Shown: piece by piece, positions 11,421-26,295 of the stretch
Position numbering within the stretch: the stretch's first letter is position 1
Layout of the letters: each line of letters opens with the position of its first letter
Program-made: the position numbers and the translations under genes
The notes under the pieces: generated by a model
The model's database searches: none
Seen by the model: only the letters and a program-made list of their open reading frames with translations
Told to the model about the DNA's origin: nothing
Origin: Octopus sinensis
Taxonomy: Eukaryota
Direction of reading: 5' to 3'
Length of the DNA stretch: 64,000 nt
NCBI RefSeq assembly: GCF_006345805.1
Contig: NC_042998.1
Coordinates: 57,040,001-57,104,000, forward strand

Positions 11421-12204
11421 GTTATATACACATATATACATACATGTACTTAGTGATATTTCATCTATATACACTGACATAATCACATGCTCGTACATGT
11501 ATGTATGTATGTATGTATGTATGTATGTATGTATGTATGTATGTATTTATGTATGTATGCATGTATGTATGTATGTATGTAAGTAAGTACGTATGCACTT
11601 GTGTGTGTGTGTGCGTATGTGTGTGTGTGTGTACGTGCCTGTCATATTCTGAAATGTTATTACAATTATCGAAGCTCATATGGTATCTGGCTGAGGCAAG
11701 CAGCGTTAGGAATAAGTAAGCTTACAGAGTATCAATTCAGAGAAATACTGAGAAATAAGACAATTAGAGATAAAAGAAGACGTTATTTCTCTGAAACCTA
11801 GAATATACAGAGACCTAGTTAATGATAGAAGAGTTCTCTTGAAGTTGGTTTTACAAACATTACTAGAAGAAAGAAACAGATAGCTTTTCAATGCGGAGCT
11901 ATTACAACGATAGTATACGAAATCTGCTACACAAGCGTAACATACAGAGGCAGGCATGACTCTGTGGCAAGAATCAGTTGTTAGTTGTCTGAGCGCTGCA
12001 TCCTTCAAAACTTCTATGCTTCCTGAGATTCGCCAACACCACACCGGATTTTCTCCCCTTCATACACACGCAAGCATGTATCTAACTCATACATTGTTCA
12101 CTTTCCAGACATTTGTACATTACTGCATATGCTTTATACGCACTTTTGACAAGCTGTGGGGCATCTGAGCACTGTATACAATAATTTCATTATTATTATT
12201 ATTA

Positions 12205-12620
12205 ATTTTGCTTCCCCGCCACATGGTTCTGGGTTCAGTCCCACTGCATGGCACCTTGAGCAAGTGCCTTCTAACTATAGCATCGGGCCGACCAAAGTCT
12301 TGTGACTGGATGTGATTAATGGCAACTGAAAGAAGCCCATCCTATCTGTCTGTCTGTCTATATGTGTGTGTTTGTGTGTGTGTGTGTGTGTGCGTGCGTG
12401 TGTGTGTGTGTATGTGTGCGCGCGGTCTGTATTTGTACCTGTGTTTGTGTCCCACCTCCGTTTGACAACTTAGTGTTGGTTTTTTAACCTGGCGGTTCGG
12501 CAAAAGTAGCAGGCTTAAAAAATACAGTACTAGGGTCGATTCCTTGGTCTAGAATTCTTTAAGGCTGTCCTCCAGTATGGCTAGTGACTAATGAGTGAAA
12601 CAAGTAAAAGATAAAAAATA
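12205..12620 (+). mobile_element. SINE family B with internal (TG)n
   Basis: CATGGTTCTGGGTTCAGTCCC...CACCTTGAGCAAGTG...GGCGGTTCGGCAAAA...GAAACAAGTAAAAG. Confidence 0.75.
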
Positions 12621-12836
12621 AATGCTTTTATTACATTTTGTAGGAATTAATAGTTGTCATTGATTCGCCTAAGTAGCAGACAATTATTTTGTAATGTCTT
12701 CGGTTACCTTTACGTCCTAAGCTCTGATTTCAAATTCTAATAAGCTGAACTTTATATATAACTAGTTTTATTACAGCTCCGATAAAATAAGTTCAGGATC
12801 GATACACTTGCATATATTTTGATACAAAATTGTAGC

Positions 12837-13119
12837 CAGTGGCGGATTGGGTCTAAGATTAGTTGTTGCCAGGAGACTAAGGGGCCCACCCGCAGCTACA
12901 ATGCTATCATTTAATTTTTTCTTTTTGTTAAAAGTATTCTTTTCAACTGTCTAAAAACACAGCCAGGCTGAAATAAAAAAAAAAGGAGTGAATAAAAATT
13001 TCTCAAACTTGAAGGGATGGGCCCCTTAGATACTAACATGGGCCTCCATATATGGATTCTAATGGCGCAGGGGTCCACTTGCCACAGGGCAAGCAGGCAA
13101 CCTAGCCAGTTTGCCACTG
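12837..13119. mobile_element. hAT-type MITE (283 bp)
   Basis: TIRs CAGTGGCGGATTGG / CCAGTTTGCCACTG; 8-bp TSD ATTGTAGC (12829-12836) / ATTGTATC (13120-13127). Confidence 0.8.
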
Positions 13120-13150
13120 ATTGTATCTATAAGAGACATCATTATATATA

Positions 13151-13535
13151 CAAGGCGTTTGAGCTAAATTCGACAATTTGCATAAAATGAAAATAAAACA
13201 CAATATCCCAGGCAAAACTGAAAGAATTAAAAAAAATCCAAATATATCAATTATGGCTGGAAGATAACAGTTTACTCACCTTCTCCCACAGCCTCAAGTC
13301 GGTTCGGAAAACTTGTGCGTGCGCTCCTCACTGTATCCCTGGCAAGATCTTTGAACACCTCCTTGATCTTGGCCAACAGTTTGGCCTTGAATTTGCAGAC
13401 AAAACGGTTGGAGTTTTTCTCAACTACACTATTTAATCTTTATGCTCTCTAACGCTGTTGACTGTTCACTAAGGCATCAAGCTGTTTCTGAAAAAGTAGA
13501 CATAAAAAATGGTCAAATTTAGCCCGAGCATCCTG
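13151..13535 (-). mobile_element. Internally deleted Tc1/mariner-superfamily element
   Basis: Imperfect TIRs of about 29 bp (CAAGGCGTTTGAGCTAAATTCGACAATTT / AAATGGTCAAATTTAGCCCGAGCATCCTG), TA on both flanks, transposase C-terminal remnant KAKLLAKIKEVFKDLARDTVRSARTSFPNRLEAV. Confidence 0.75.
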
Positions 13536-15215
13536 TATTGTTGTCAGCTTTGATCGTCAAACTATGAAATCAAAGACGCTCCGGTTGTGTCCACACCATC
13601 TTTTTCCATAGCAGGGAGTATATTATCCGGGCAGTGAACTTGGAGAAATGTTACAGGGAAGGACAAGACGCCTTAAGAAATTTGTTTCCGTGATTCGATT
13701 TTTTTTATTGAACGAGTTTTTATCGAACGGCTGTTCATCGAAAACCCACTTGTATCGTATCGGACGAATTTTTATCGAACGATTTTTATCAAGAGATTTT
13801 TCACCGAAACGACTTTTTATGGAAACGACTTTTTACGAAATGACTTTTTCTGCAAAAATATTACATCTGTAGGGTAATTATGTGAAAATAGTAAAAAAAA
13901 ATTAAAAAACCCCCCAAAAAATGAGTAGCACAATAAGGATGTGATAGACCCCAGTATATTACTGTTAGTTTGTTTTATGAAACCTCTCATAAGAGAAATA
14001 AAGAAATGGGAAAGCGAGCTTGTCAGATACACGTAAATATACCCTACTCCCTTAATAATAATGAGATAAAAGGAGATGGCTAAAGATGGAGCGCTTTTGA
14101 TCATTCATGCAGTGAAGAAGTTGGATTAAACAAAAACAAAACTACTTGGAGTGAGAAAATAAAATTTTGAAAAATAAAGAAAATCCTTTTTTTCGCCATA
14201 AACCTTATTATCGTTGTTTCAAAAGTCCCAGTCGGTCCTTTTTCAAGAGAACTATGATTTAGGGCATTCCAGCCGTGACCATTCTCTCCTGTTTTCCTAA
14301 GTATGGTGTGTCCCAGACTACAATATACAATGTGTCCTTTGTTCTGACACCAGGCAGGGAAATACGGAGAGTCCCCCTTATTGTTTCGATAAGTATTTAG
14401 GTCATATAGCTATGTTAATTTACAATGTTGATTCCAAGTCCTCCCCCCCCCTCTGGAAAGTCATTATTGATAAGATCAATTAACGGTGTCATTCCAGTTC
14501 ACTCATTAAGGTGGAGTCACTAAGGTTGACCGTTAAGCATGAAAGCATGAACAGTATTAGGAACAATAGATTAATTATTTCTAGAACAATAGACGTGATA
14601 GCCGCATACACATACATATACATACATCCACACATTGTAGTTCAGCCGATAAACTGCGTGGCATAATCTCCTCGATCAGAGCTGGTCTCAACCTGAACGA
14701 CAACGGCAACAAAGACAACAACAGTAGCAACAACAACTAAAAGAATATCATCAAAAATAAAAGCAACAGTAGCGACTAGGGCGATATGAATGTTATAAGA
14801 GTAATGGATTGGCCACTCGAAACATCGTACGTAAGCTGAATGGAAATTCACGTAGTCGCGATTACATAATAGATAATGTACGAGAAATTATAGAAGTTAT
14901 GTTTTAATGTTCTTTGAAGTATAAGGCGTAAACCAGTTTTTCAAGAAAGTGGCAGCGTACACTTATACATACACACACACGCATACATACATAAATGCAA
15001 ACATACGTACATGCAAACATACATACGTGTATACGTACGTAAATACATACATTCGTACATACGTACATATGCACATATATGCATTCATACAAAGATGCGC
15101 ATATATGCTTACGTACAAACAGTTGTGCATTTCTATTATAATGGATATACATACACATACATACATACATACATACATACATACATACATACATACATAC
15201 ATACATGCATACATG

Positions 15216-15248
<33 letters not shown>

Positions 15249-15565
15249 ACATATATACATATATTTAAAGATATACATCCATATACAAGCATACGTGTTC
15301 ATACAATCTAAGTTTTATCACACACATCTAATATATCTTTTTGCGTAGTCTGACATAAAGTAAAATTAGAATGATCACACACACACACAGACACACCACA
15401 CACACACACATCAACAAGCGTTCACATTCACACAGGCACACAGACATATATATGACAGACTTTCGTCAATTTCGACATATATGTAAGTGACTTGTTATTT
15501 GACGAACTGTGCAAACTACCCATTAAATTACAGTGCAAAGTGTCTGAATATTCCCCACTTCTACG

Positions 15566-16190
15566 CAGTGGTGGATTTACAATATTGGGATCCTGAAGCT
15601 TAAAATGTTATGGGAACCCCCTTTACAACCAGCAACAGTACAGTAACATCAAACAACGGCCAAAATATTTTCATACTCCCGCAAGGAGCCCAGGTGGTAC
15701 AGTTGTGACGCAGGGTCCTTAAAAATGAGTCTGAAAGTGAGCCCACTTTCCTTCAGAAAACGAGTTGTGGATAATCCCCGATATCTTTGTCGATGTGACT
15801 GTTCTATGGTAGATCACTGCGAATATTTTCCGAAAATTAGGGAAGCGTTATATATATGCATGATGCATCATTAAGATACATATGAAAATTACAAAATACT
15901 CTTTTTTCTGGGGTTTTTTTTTGTAGCAACAGTTTTGTCATATGACAGCCTCCTTGAAATGTCATTTTATAGAGACAATATGCATAAGGAATTTAAGCGC
16001 TCTTCTACCATCGTAAACCGAAATCTATTCTTTACAAAGAAAAGCTTTGAGGAATGCCTTTCTGTTTCATAGCTTGTGATAAGCATTGCCATGTACAGCT
16101 TATGTGCAGTGGTAATATCAGGGGACACTTCAATTAATTGTTGCTCATAAATAGGCTGAAGAACTTCTGTGCATTGCATTTTAGATGTGT
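15566..16190 (-). mobile_element. hAT transposon 3' relic with dimerization-domain fragment
   Basis: ITSYETERHSSKLFFVKNRFRFTMVEERLNSLCILS matches hAT C-terminal ERSFSxLxxIKNxxRSTMxxERLxxLxILS; terminal CAGTGGTGGATTTA at 15566. Confidence 0.7.
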
Positions 16191-16944
16191 TTCTGCCAAT
16201 GTTTACATCGGTATGCACGATTAATTTGGTATCTAAAAGACCACAATAAACAATTTAATTTAGATTGGTTGATTCTCTCAATCTCGATACCTTATGACAA
16301 AGGCAAGGAATTCTGTCTTCTCTGTAATTCTGAACTATTTTTAATATCTTTTTTCTAAAAATCCCCTTGTAAACACGGATATAGAGCGTGCATACCGATG
16401 TAAACATTGGCAGAAACAACACCATTACTTCATATAAGTGATATCTATCATTATATAGAATTTAAACATTAATTTTCTTCTTACATTTCACATTCACTAG
16501 ATATATCTTTTTCCAAGTCTATATGGTTTTATTTAATATACATATAGTTATATATTTCTCAGTTACTTAGGTTTTTCTTTCTTTTAACCCTCCTCCTTCT
16601 ATAGGTTACCTTTGACGTTATATCCTCTAACGTTTTGTTGAAACAAACTTAATAGCGTTCAGTTAATCACTATACATATCCATCATTTTCTGTCAAAATG
16701 CCTTATTGACGAGTTTCATTTCTTCATTTCCCTGAAGGGAAGATTACATTGTTTTACACAATTTTTATTCCTTTGGAATACTACCAATGATATCTTCGAA
16801 ACATGTATCGGAAGTAAAAGAATTTGAATAACACCTGTGTTTAACTCCAGTTACACAGACACACACACACACACACACAGACACACACACACACACGCAC
16901 ACGCACGCACACACACACACACACACACAACACACACACACACA

Positions 16945-16995
<51 letters not shown>

Positions 16996-17384
16996 AAGGC
17001 AAACCGAAAGAACAGAAAGTAATCCAAATGATTCATATTAATGTAAACCATTTTCCCGTTGGAAAACATATTTCTGTGACATGATGTATGTTTTTAAGAA
17101 ACAAACGCCCATGTTTTTACCCCGTTAGCAAAAGTAATAAAATAATTGTCATGTATACAAATACTTACATGCTTTTATATATTTTTCGATTGAAATTAAG
17201 TTAATACTCTAGTAAAAACGTTTCCCTGTTGACGAAATAATCAGCAGTTATTCAGCTAGATTAATATTACAAGGGATATTCATCCCTAACTAATGCCGGA
17301 TTATTAACTTGGTAGAAGGGTATTAAAGAATTTCGTTAAAGGATTTATTATCCATCTAATTTCAGTTCGTTATTAACATATTTA

Positions 17385-17745
17385 TATACATGTGCAAGCA
17401 TGGATCTGTGCTTTAGAAGTTCGCCTTGTAACCATATGGTCTTAGATTCAGTTGTATTGCACAATACCTTGTCTTCTGCTATAGTACCGCGCAGACCAAT
17501 GCTTAGTGAAAGAATTTGGTCGACAGAAACTCTGTGGAAACACATATAATATGTGTATGTGTGTATATCCTTGTATTTGTGTTTGTCCCCTATCACTGAT
17601 TGATAACCTGTATTGGTCTGTTTCCAACCCCGTAACTTAAAGGTTCGGGTATAGGAACCGATAGAATACATAAGTATCATACTTTAAAAATAAGTATTGG
17701 AGTTGATTTGTTAGACTAAACTCTTCAACGTAGTGTCCCAGAATG
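17385..17745 (+). mobile_element. Diverged SINE family B
   Basis: Degenerate match to head, core and CCCCGTAACTTA tail. Confidence 0.6.
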
Positions 17746-17839
17746 TCCCAGTCAATGCACGCATATCGTGTATGTGCAAAGTTAAACAATCGAGGCAATA
17801 AACATGTACACGCACGCATATTTATAGATTATACAGATT

Positions 17840-18048
17840 TCGAATTTTGACTCTAGGACGGCAATTTCGGACAAGGAAGAAAGTCGCTTACATAGACCCC
17901 AGTACCCAACTGGTACTTATTTAATCGACCCTAGAAGGAGGAAAAACAAAGTTGACCTCGGCGGAATTTGAATCCAGAATATGAAGACGGACGATATACC
18001 GCTAAGCATTTAACACGGCGTAACTAACGATCCTGCCAGCTCGCCGCC
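17840..18048 (-). mobile_element. Diverged SINE family A
   Basis: GGCGGCGAGCTGGCAGGATCGTTAG head on the minus strand. Confidence 0.75.
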
Positions 18049-18505
18049 TTATAGATGTATATGAATATTGGCTTTGTTTATTTTGTACAAACGTAGAAGT
18101 GCTCAATGTAATTTTGTACTAGAAGTGGTAGAGCAGGGGTTCTCAAATGGTGGGCCGCGGTGCACTCCTGCGGTACGTGTATAACATGAAGTAGCTAATG
18201 AAAAAAGCAACTGAAAGTGACTGAAAATGACAGACAATGGTTTATATTTTCTAGCGATTAAAAAGAAAAGTAACTGAAAACAATTGGTAAAAGTAGCAAT
18301 ATCTGAAAGTGAATGGTAACTATTGTAAATAATTGTCAATGGCAACGGTCTAGTAAAGAATGACTGTCGTTAATTATAATTAACATAGTTTGACAGGTGG
18401 TTGAGAATGAAGGGATTATCAATGTTTGATGAAGAATAACAATGAGTGGAACATTTTTGTCAGTGGCTTGACAATTACTTGCATGAATTTCTTGAAAGAA
18501 TAATA

Positions 18506-19745
18506 CAGGGGTTGGACAAAATAATGGAAACACTTAGCATCATAGCATCATAATTTTGAAATATCTATAAAACCTTCAAAAGATTGTTTATTTTTATGTT
18601 TGTTGATTTATTATTAGTGTTGCTTAATATGTTTTGCTAAAATTGCTGTTTCTTTCCAGATATCAGAAAAACGGAATTAAAATTCATTAAAACGACAGAT
18701 CTATCGGACTTGCAAAGAGGTCAAATTGTTGGTACTCGTATGGCAGGCACTAGAGTAACGAAAACAGTCGAAATGTTTGTTGTATCAAGAGGTAGTGTCT
18801 CGTTGAAACAAAACTCTGGAAGAAAACCAAAACTTTCAGATAGGGACTATCGGACTCTTACGCGAATTGTTAGAAAGGATCACAAAGTACAGCTCCCAAG
18901 ATTACTGCAGAGGTTAATGACAACCTCGAGAACCCAGTTTCCACAAAAACTGTTCGCCGGGAGCTGCACAAAGCCAGATTTCATGGGAGGGAGGCAATCA
19001 GAAAACCACTACTTTCAAAAACAAACGTTGCAAAGCGTTCAGAGTGGAGTAAAAACCTACAGAATTGGTCCCTAGAGCAGCGGAAGAATGTTATTTTCTC
19101 GGACGAGTCATCCTTTACCTTATTTCCGACTACCGGCCGTATATACGTGAGGAGACAGCCAAATGAAGCATTTGACCTAGACCGCCTTCTTCCAACTGTT
19201 AAACAATGAGGAGAATTTGTGATGATGTGGGGAGGAGGAGCTATATCTTGGAAATATGCCGGCCCAATGGTTTCCCTCCATGGCAGAATTAATAGTCTTT
19301 GAAAGACTATTTAAACATTTTATCTGATCAAATTCATCATATGGTTGCGGAACTGTTTCTGAAGGGAAATGCAATCTTTCAGGATGATAATGCACCAATT
19401 CACTCAGCTAAAGTTCTTACTGAATGGCACGAGGAACATTCTAGTGAAGTTGAACATTTTATCTGGCCACCACAGTCCCGAGATCTCAATATTATTGAAT
19501 ATTTTTGGTGCATTTTAGAAAAAACAAGTAAAGAGTCGATATCCTCCACCATCACCACTAGAAGAATTGGAGACTCTTTTAGCTGAAGAAATGGACAAAA
19601 ATTCCTTTGGAAACAATTGAAACTTTGTATGAGTCCATACCTCGTAGAATACAAGCTGTAATTACTGCTAAAGTCGGTCCTACCCCATATTAAAATAAAT
19701 TTGTTTGAAATTTTAAGGTATTTCCATTATTTTGTCCAACCCCTG
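18506..19745 (+). mobile_element. Tc1 transposon (about 1.24 kb) with frameshifted DD34E-type transposase pseudogene
   Basis: TIRs CAGGGGTTGGACAAAATAATGGAAA at both ends, TA TSD; motifs QRGQIVG, SGRKPKL, VIFSDESSF, FQDDNAPIH, WPPQSRDLNIIE spread over several frames. Confidence 0.92.
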
Positions 19746-19834
19746 TAAAAGTTGAAGAAAGATAGATTAATGTCAGAGAAAGATGATGCATGAGAAATAC
19801 GGAAATACACCTTAAAGGAGAGATAAAGGGAGAT

Positions 19835-19871
<37 letters not shown>

Positions 19872-20799
19872 GTGAGAGAGAGGGAGAAATAGAGGAAGAG
19901 AATAAAAAAAGAAACACATAGAAGAAAGAAACAATAGAATAAATTTGCAATGTTGGTTTGACATAGACATAAGGCCTCAAGTTTTGGTGAATGGGTGTAA
20001 TCGGCAGAGAAACTAACTGGTATATATTGAACCCAACGAGATTTGAACTCATGAATTAAGGGTTTTCTATATGCCACAGAACATTGTCTCCGCGACTCTA
20101 CTGATTCTGCCGATCCATCATCCTATTTGTACTATTAACGAACGAAAGGTCATAAAAAATATTCCTCATAAATACAGGCTTTCTCATATAGAAATGTAAA
20201 GTAAAAATGCTTTTGTAATTATGGCTGTAATTGCGGTTGTCATGATAGCTGTGATGGTAATAATAGCTGATAGTAGTAATGGTAGTTGTGGTATGGTAGT
20301 TATATTGTGTGGTTGCGGGCAATGTGGTTGTGGACATGGTGGGAGTCGATAGTAGCATTTGTGATTGTAGCGGTTTTGGCATTGGTAGTTGGGGCTGGAG
20401 ATGCAGCTGCTGATTGTGATATTAAGATGAAAGATTTATGCTGTCGTTGTGGATGTTAATGACGTTGGTTGTGCTAACTATCGTGATCCTTACCGTGAGG
20501 ATGATCAAAGTGGTTGGTGGAGCTAATGGGGGTGGAGCACTGATGATGCTGGACATGATATGCGAGGTGGGTTTGTAGGTGTTATGGTAGTCGTTGATGG
20601 AAAAGATGAAGCGAAAGTGAGAAAAAAACTAATGGGAAGAATGAGTGAAAGGGAGGAAAATGAAGAAAGTGGAGGTGATGTAGAATATGAGAAAGCATCC
20701 TCAAGGGTGCGAGGGTATATGCCAAGCTTGTTTCATTCAGTAGCAAAAATAAATAAATAAATAAATAAATAAATTATTTAATAAGTAAATGAATTGTTG

Positions 20800-20950
20800 C
20801 CCAGGTATGATTGTTTGCAACCACATGGCTTCCGGTTCAGTCCCGCTGCGCTGAATCTTGGGCAAGTATCTTCTACTATTACTCTGGGTCGATTAATGCG
20901 TTGCGAGTGAATCTGGTGGACAAAGCTGTGTGAAAGCCGGTCGTGTATAA

Positions 20951-21011
<61 letters not shown>

Positions 21012-21910
21012 CGTGCGTGTGTGTGTGAGTATGAGTGTGTCTTTGTGCCTGTATTTGTGTTTGTTTCCCCTACTTCACATGCGATGTATGTTCATAACTT
21101 AGTGGTTCGGCAACAGATACAGATCAAATAAGTACTAGACTTTAAAAATATAAGTACTGGGATCGATTGTTCGGTTAATCTTTTCAAGAGATTCCCTAGC
21201 ATGGCCGCAGTCCAATGATTGAGACAAGTCTGGTCGGGATAAATAGAGAAGCTTCAACGCAAAGCAGGCGTATTTGTGTGATAAGAAGCTTGCCTCCAAA
21301 CAACGTGGTTCCAGGTTCATTCCCACTGAGTAGCACCTTAGGCAAGTTTCTTCTACTATAGCTTCGGGCCGACCAAAGCCTTGTGAAGGGATTTGGTAGA
21401 CAGAAACTGAAAGTAGCCAATCGTATACATACATACATACATACATACATACATAACATACATACATACATGCGTGTGCATGTGTGTGCATGTATGCATG
21501 TGTGCGTGTCTTTGTATATGTGCTTGTTCTCCTACACCGCTTGACAACTGGTGTTGGTTGTATACGTCCCCGTAACTTAGCGGTTCGGCAAAACTGTCTG
21601 AAGTACCAGGCGTAAAAATGCACTGGAGTCGATTCCTTCTTAAAAATTCTTCTAAGTTGGGCTTCAGCATGACCACAGTGAAGTAAAAGATAAAAGATGT
21701 AGACGTGGGAAATATACATATAAGTAATAGGCAGTAGGCGTAGGAGTGGCTGTGTGATACTTAACTTGCTTACCAACTACATGGTTCTGGGTTCAGTCCC
21801 AATGCGTGGCACCTTGGGCAAGTGTCTTCTACTATAGCCTCGGGCCGACCAAAGCCTTGTGAGTGGATGTGGTGGACGGAAACTGAAAGAAGCTCGTCGT
21901 ATATATGTAT
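20800..21910 (+). mobile_element. Three head-to-tail SINE family B copies (about 20800-21230, 21265-21695, 21737-21910)
   Basis: Repeated B box (GGTTCAGTCCC-like) and CTTGGGCAAGT core, each followed by a microsatellite. Confidence 0.8.
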
Positions 21911-22427
21911 ATGCAAAAAGAGGACTAGCAGTCTGGCCTCTCGGTCACGTGAGAAGAGAACTGCGGTCACTGCTACATCAGTATTCTTCCCTGTGTTCGT
22001 GAAAGTTTTGGATCTTTGCCGTAAGGCTTCATTCCCACACACGCCAGCTGAATTCAATTCGTCCCCAGTCAAAAGACACCTTTTATTGTGTCCTGATATT
22101 ATTATGATTATTATTATTATGTTTATTGTATTTTCGTATATATATTCGTGTAACATCGTCTGTTTTTTCGTCCTTGTTTTCGTATACACTTGATGCTTTT
22201 TTCCAAGGAATCTAATGCTCTTGGCTTAGATTTTCCTTAGGGCTGGCCAGATTGGAGCTATCTCAAGATTAATCAGCCGAAATTGCGAGGATGATCCGAT
22301 TCTTGACTGAGGATAAAAAGCTTCGAATGACCCTTCCTTTTTTTTTGTATCGTCTATCTGGATGTTTTGTTGTCTCTTTTTGTACCATCTAGTTGTCCGG
22401 ATGTTTTGAGTTCTTGACCCATTTTTT

Positions 22428-22458
<31 letters not shown>

Positions 22459-22462
22459 GTCA

Positions 22463-22790
22463 GTGTACATACTCGACAGAGTGTTAGTACTCTGCGAGAA
22501 AGGTTGGACCTAAGAAGCATCAGATGTGGTGTGCAAGAGAGACGTCTGCGCTGGTATGGTCATGTGGCGAGAATGGATGTGGATAGCTGTGTGAAAACGT
22601 GCCACACCTTAGCAGTTGAGGAAACTTGTGGAAGAGGAAGACCCAGGAAAACCTGGGATGAGGTGGTGAAGCATGACCTTCAAACATTGGGCCTCAGCGA
22701 GGCAATGACTAGTGACCGGGACCTCTGGAAATATGCTGTGCTGCAGAAGACTCGGCAAGCGCAAGTGTGACCATAACCTTGTGGCCTATG
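22463..22790 (+). pseudogene. RTE-clade LINE 3' end
   Basis: ERRLRWYGHVARMD...RGRPRKTWDEVVKHDL...DRDLWK is the RTE C-terminal signature. Confidence 0.85.
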
Positions 22791-22929
22791 CTATGGGTGT
22801 AACCGGTCCACTTATGCGTGCTTTTTCTTCATTGGACACTAAACTCTGCTTGCCAAGATCAGTTGAGGCAAGTGAAATCGAAATCGAAGTCGAAATCAAA
22901 CTCGGTGACTGGCATCCGTTGCTAGTGGA

Positions 22930-23337
22930 GCCCTAAGAGTACCATACGAGAGAGATCGTTGCCAGAGCAACAAGCTGGCCTTCGTGCCGATGGCACGTTA
23001 AGCACACCATTCGAGCGTGATCGTTACCGCGTCGCCTTACTAAAACTTGTGCTGGTGGCACGTGAAACATTCGAGCGAGGTCGTCGCCAGTGCCGCTGGA
23101 CTGCCTCCTGTGCAGGTGGCACGTAAAAAGCACCATTTGGGCGTGGCCGTTGCCAGTACCACCAAACTGGCCCTCGTGACGGTGGCACGTATAAGCACCC
23201 ACTACACTCTCGGAGTGGTTGGCGTTAGGAAGGGCATCCAGCTGTAGAAACTCTGCCAGATCAGATTGGAGTCTGGTTCGCCAGACCTCAGTCAAATTGT
23301 CCAACCAATGCTAGTAAGGAATGCAAACGTTAAATGA

Positions 23338-23341
<4 letters not shown>
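22930..23341 (+). mobile_element. RTE-tail-associated repeat with tandem GGTGGCACGT subrepeats
   Basis: Four (G)TGGCACGT units, then GGCGTTAGGAAGGGCATCCAGCTGTAGAAAC and a (TGA)n end. Confidence 0.6.
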
Positions 23342-23377
<36 letters not shown>

Positions 23378-23394
23378 CGGCGTGCGTACTTTGT

Positions 23395-23449
<55 letters not shown>

Positions 23450-24832
23450 GCGTACATAGCTGATCTGACTTCACTACAAGTCACCCTCTTCAACTTAAAT
23501 ACAAATAGTCGTTGTATTATCACTGATTAAATAAATCTCGTGGATATATAGTCTAAGGTGACAACCTCACTACAGGGCACTTGGATATATAATAAGTTGC
23601 CAAAACATCCGTTTTGAGAAACAAGGCTTCTCAAATCCAGAAAGGGGAAAGCTAATTAGACAATTACAGACACAAACCATCAATGGAATTGTCAAAATAT
23701 GTAAAACTTTCCAAAAGTTTAGCATTTAAATAAATATGTACATAACTAGACATGCAACAGTGTGCATGGGAATTCATATATATATAACAAAACATACTCA
23801 TGTTCACATGCACTGATTTCAAATATTGCACACATACACACAAACATGCACAACTAACGTGTTAAAGTTTCAAATTTCAATGGCGGGGTATTGGATCTGG
23901 GTTAGAAAACAGCGCTTTTTCCATTGACAAGAGATTTATAAATAACACTAAATGATAACATGCTTAATACATACATGCATACATGTATGTATGTAGGTAG
24001 GTAGGTACGTACGTATGTATGTATATATGTATATAGATATACATACATATACATACACGCAAACACACACACACACGCGCATATATGCGTACATGTATGT
24101 ATGCTTGTATATGTATGTATGCATGTATGTGTATACATATACAAACGTACACAAAAAAGCATGCACGAAATGAAAAGGCAACAGAGTATGTGTGTGAGAG
24201 AGAGAGATAGAGAGAGAGAGAGAATTAATGAGAAGTCACATTAAAAAGAACCAAAAAAAAACAAACAAACAAAAACAAAAAAAACAAACACCAGATCAAA
24301 ACGTCAAAATCAAATATATAAAAAAAGGAAAATGGAACTAAGAACTGAGTACGATTCTTTATTAGTTTTATTAAATCACGATGAAATCCCAATATGGCAA
24401 CAACCTAAAATGTGGATTTGTTTATCACGGTTTTTTTTTTCTTCCTTCAATTATGAGTGAATGTGTGTGCTTTTTTATCTAGAGCAATGCTTAGATGTCA
24501 ATACATATGCGTATATGGTTGTATAATTGTTTATGTATAAATACGCACATAACAACACAACGACTCTCAGTTTGATCACATTAGCGGCCTGTCACATGAC
24601 GTGCAGGGTGACATCACTAGTTGATTGTTTCAGTTTCGTTTCACAAACACCCCCCCCCACCACACACGATACACGCGCGCGCGTGAGTATAGATATGTGT
24701 ATGCAAATATGTGTGTGTGTGTATGTGTGTGTATGTATATATATATATGCATAGATACACTCAAGCAAACGAATATACATACGCACACATTCACATGTGC
24801 ATATATATATATGTGCATATATTCACGTATTC

Positions 24833-24904
<72 letters not shown>

Positions 24905-25028
24905 CATATATATATATATTTGTATATGTATGTATATGTTTATACATATATGTATGCATATATATATTGTACACACATTTATACACACACATATGCGCAT
25001 ATATATATATATATATATATATACATAC

Positions 25029-25083
<55 letters not shown>

Positions 25084-25786
25084 GTATAAGCATACATAAT
25101 TATATTGGCTTACGATAAGGTTTCAGTTATACACACATTGATGCACTTTTGTGTGTAATCATTTGCAGAAAATCTGGTTTCGTGCGTGAGCGTACACACA
25201 CATACGCACAGAATCTCATACACGCGCACGTACACATCCATTCTCTTTCTCTCTGTCTCTTTCTCGTAATTCCTGACTCCTTATTACTCGTTATCTCCAT
25301 ATATTTATCACTCTTGCATACATACGTGCGCATAACCATACGCCTAAACACCCACTCATTGGCACGCGCATAAAGCACACACACACACACACATCTACAC
25401 ACTATCTGTTACACTCTTTCGATCTTTTTAGTCTTCTCTATTATACTAGCATTTATTCATACATATATATGCATACAATCACAAGCAAAAATATATTGAC
25501 GCCCATACGCAAAATTCCTTTATCAAACACTCACACAACACTTTCGCTTTTACATTTTCCTTCTATCTCACACACGACCATATTCATGCGCTATTTGTGT
25601 CATTCTCTTAAACATTACAACTCTAACATTTTTAGTATCACTTTCACATTCACTTCAGCATACACTCACACATTAGTCCACATACGTTCTTCTCTCTATA
25701 GATAAGTCTTTTTTTTTCTGGAGTATCTTTTTATATACGATTAGACATAGAAATGAGTTATTGAAAGAAAATTTCTTCAAGCTCTG

Positions 25787-25846
<60 letters not shown>

Positions 25847-25984
25847 GTATACATACATTTTCACAATCATGAAGGAGACTTAAACATCATTAACTATCAA
25901 TTTTTCTACACAAAACACTTGGACAAAAAATTGAAGTCATTGTAGCATTATTCATTATACAACAACAACAATAACAACTACTGT

Positions 25985-26015
<31 letters not shown>

Positions 26016-26159
26016 GCTGCTGCTTCTGCTGCCACTACTACTACTACTACTTGCATGTGGATTTTTCTGGATATTTTTCGCATTCCATACAATTCGTATT
26101 CATTATAATGCTACAGCATATGATGATGATGATGATGGTAAGGAGGAAGAAGGAGAAGT

Positions 26160-26295
<136 letters not shown>

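Noticed and set aside
22930-23200. Spaced GGTGGCACGT repeats resembling a CRISPR array
   Set aside because: Eukaryotic context, degenerate units and related spacers; internal subrepeats of a retroposon.
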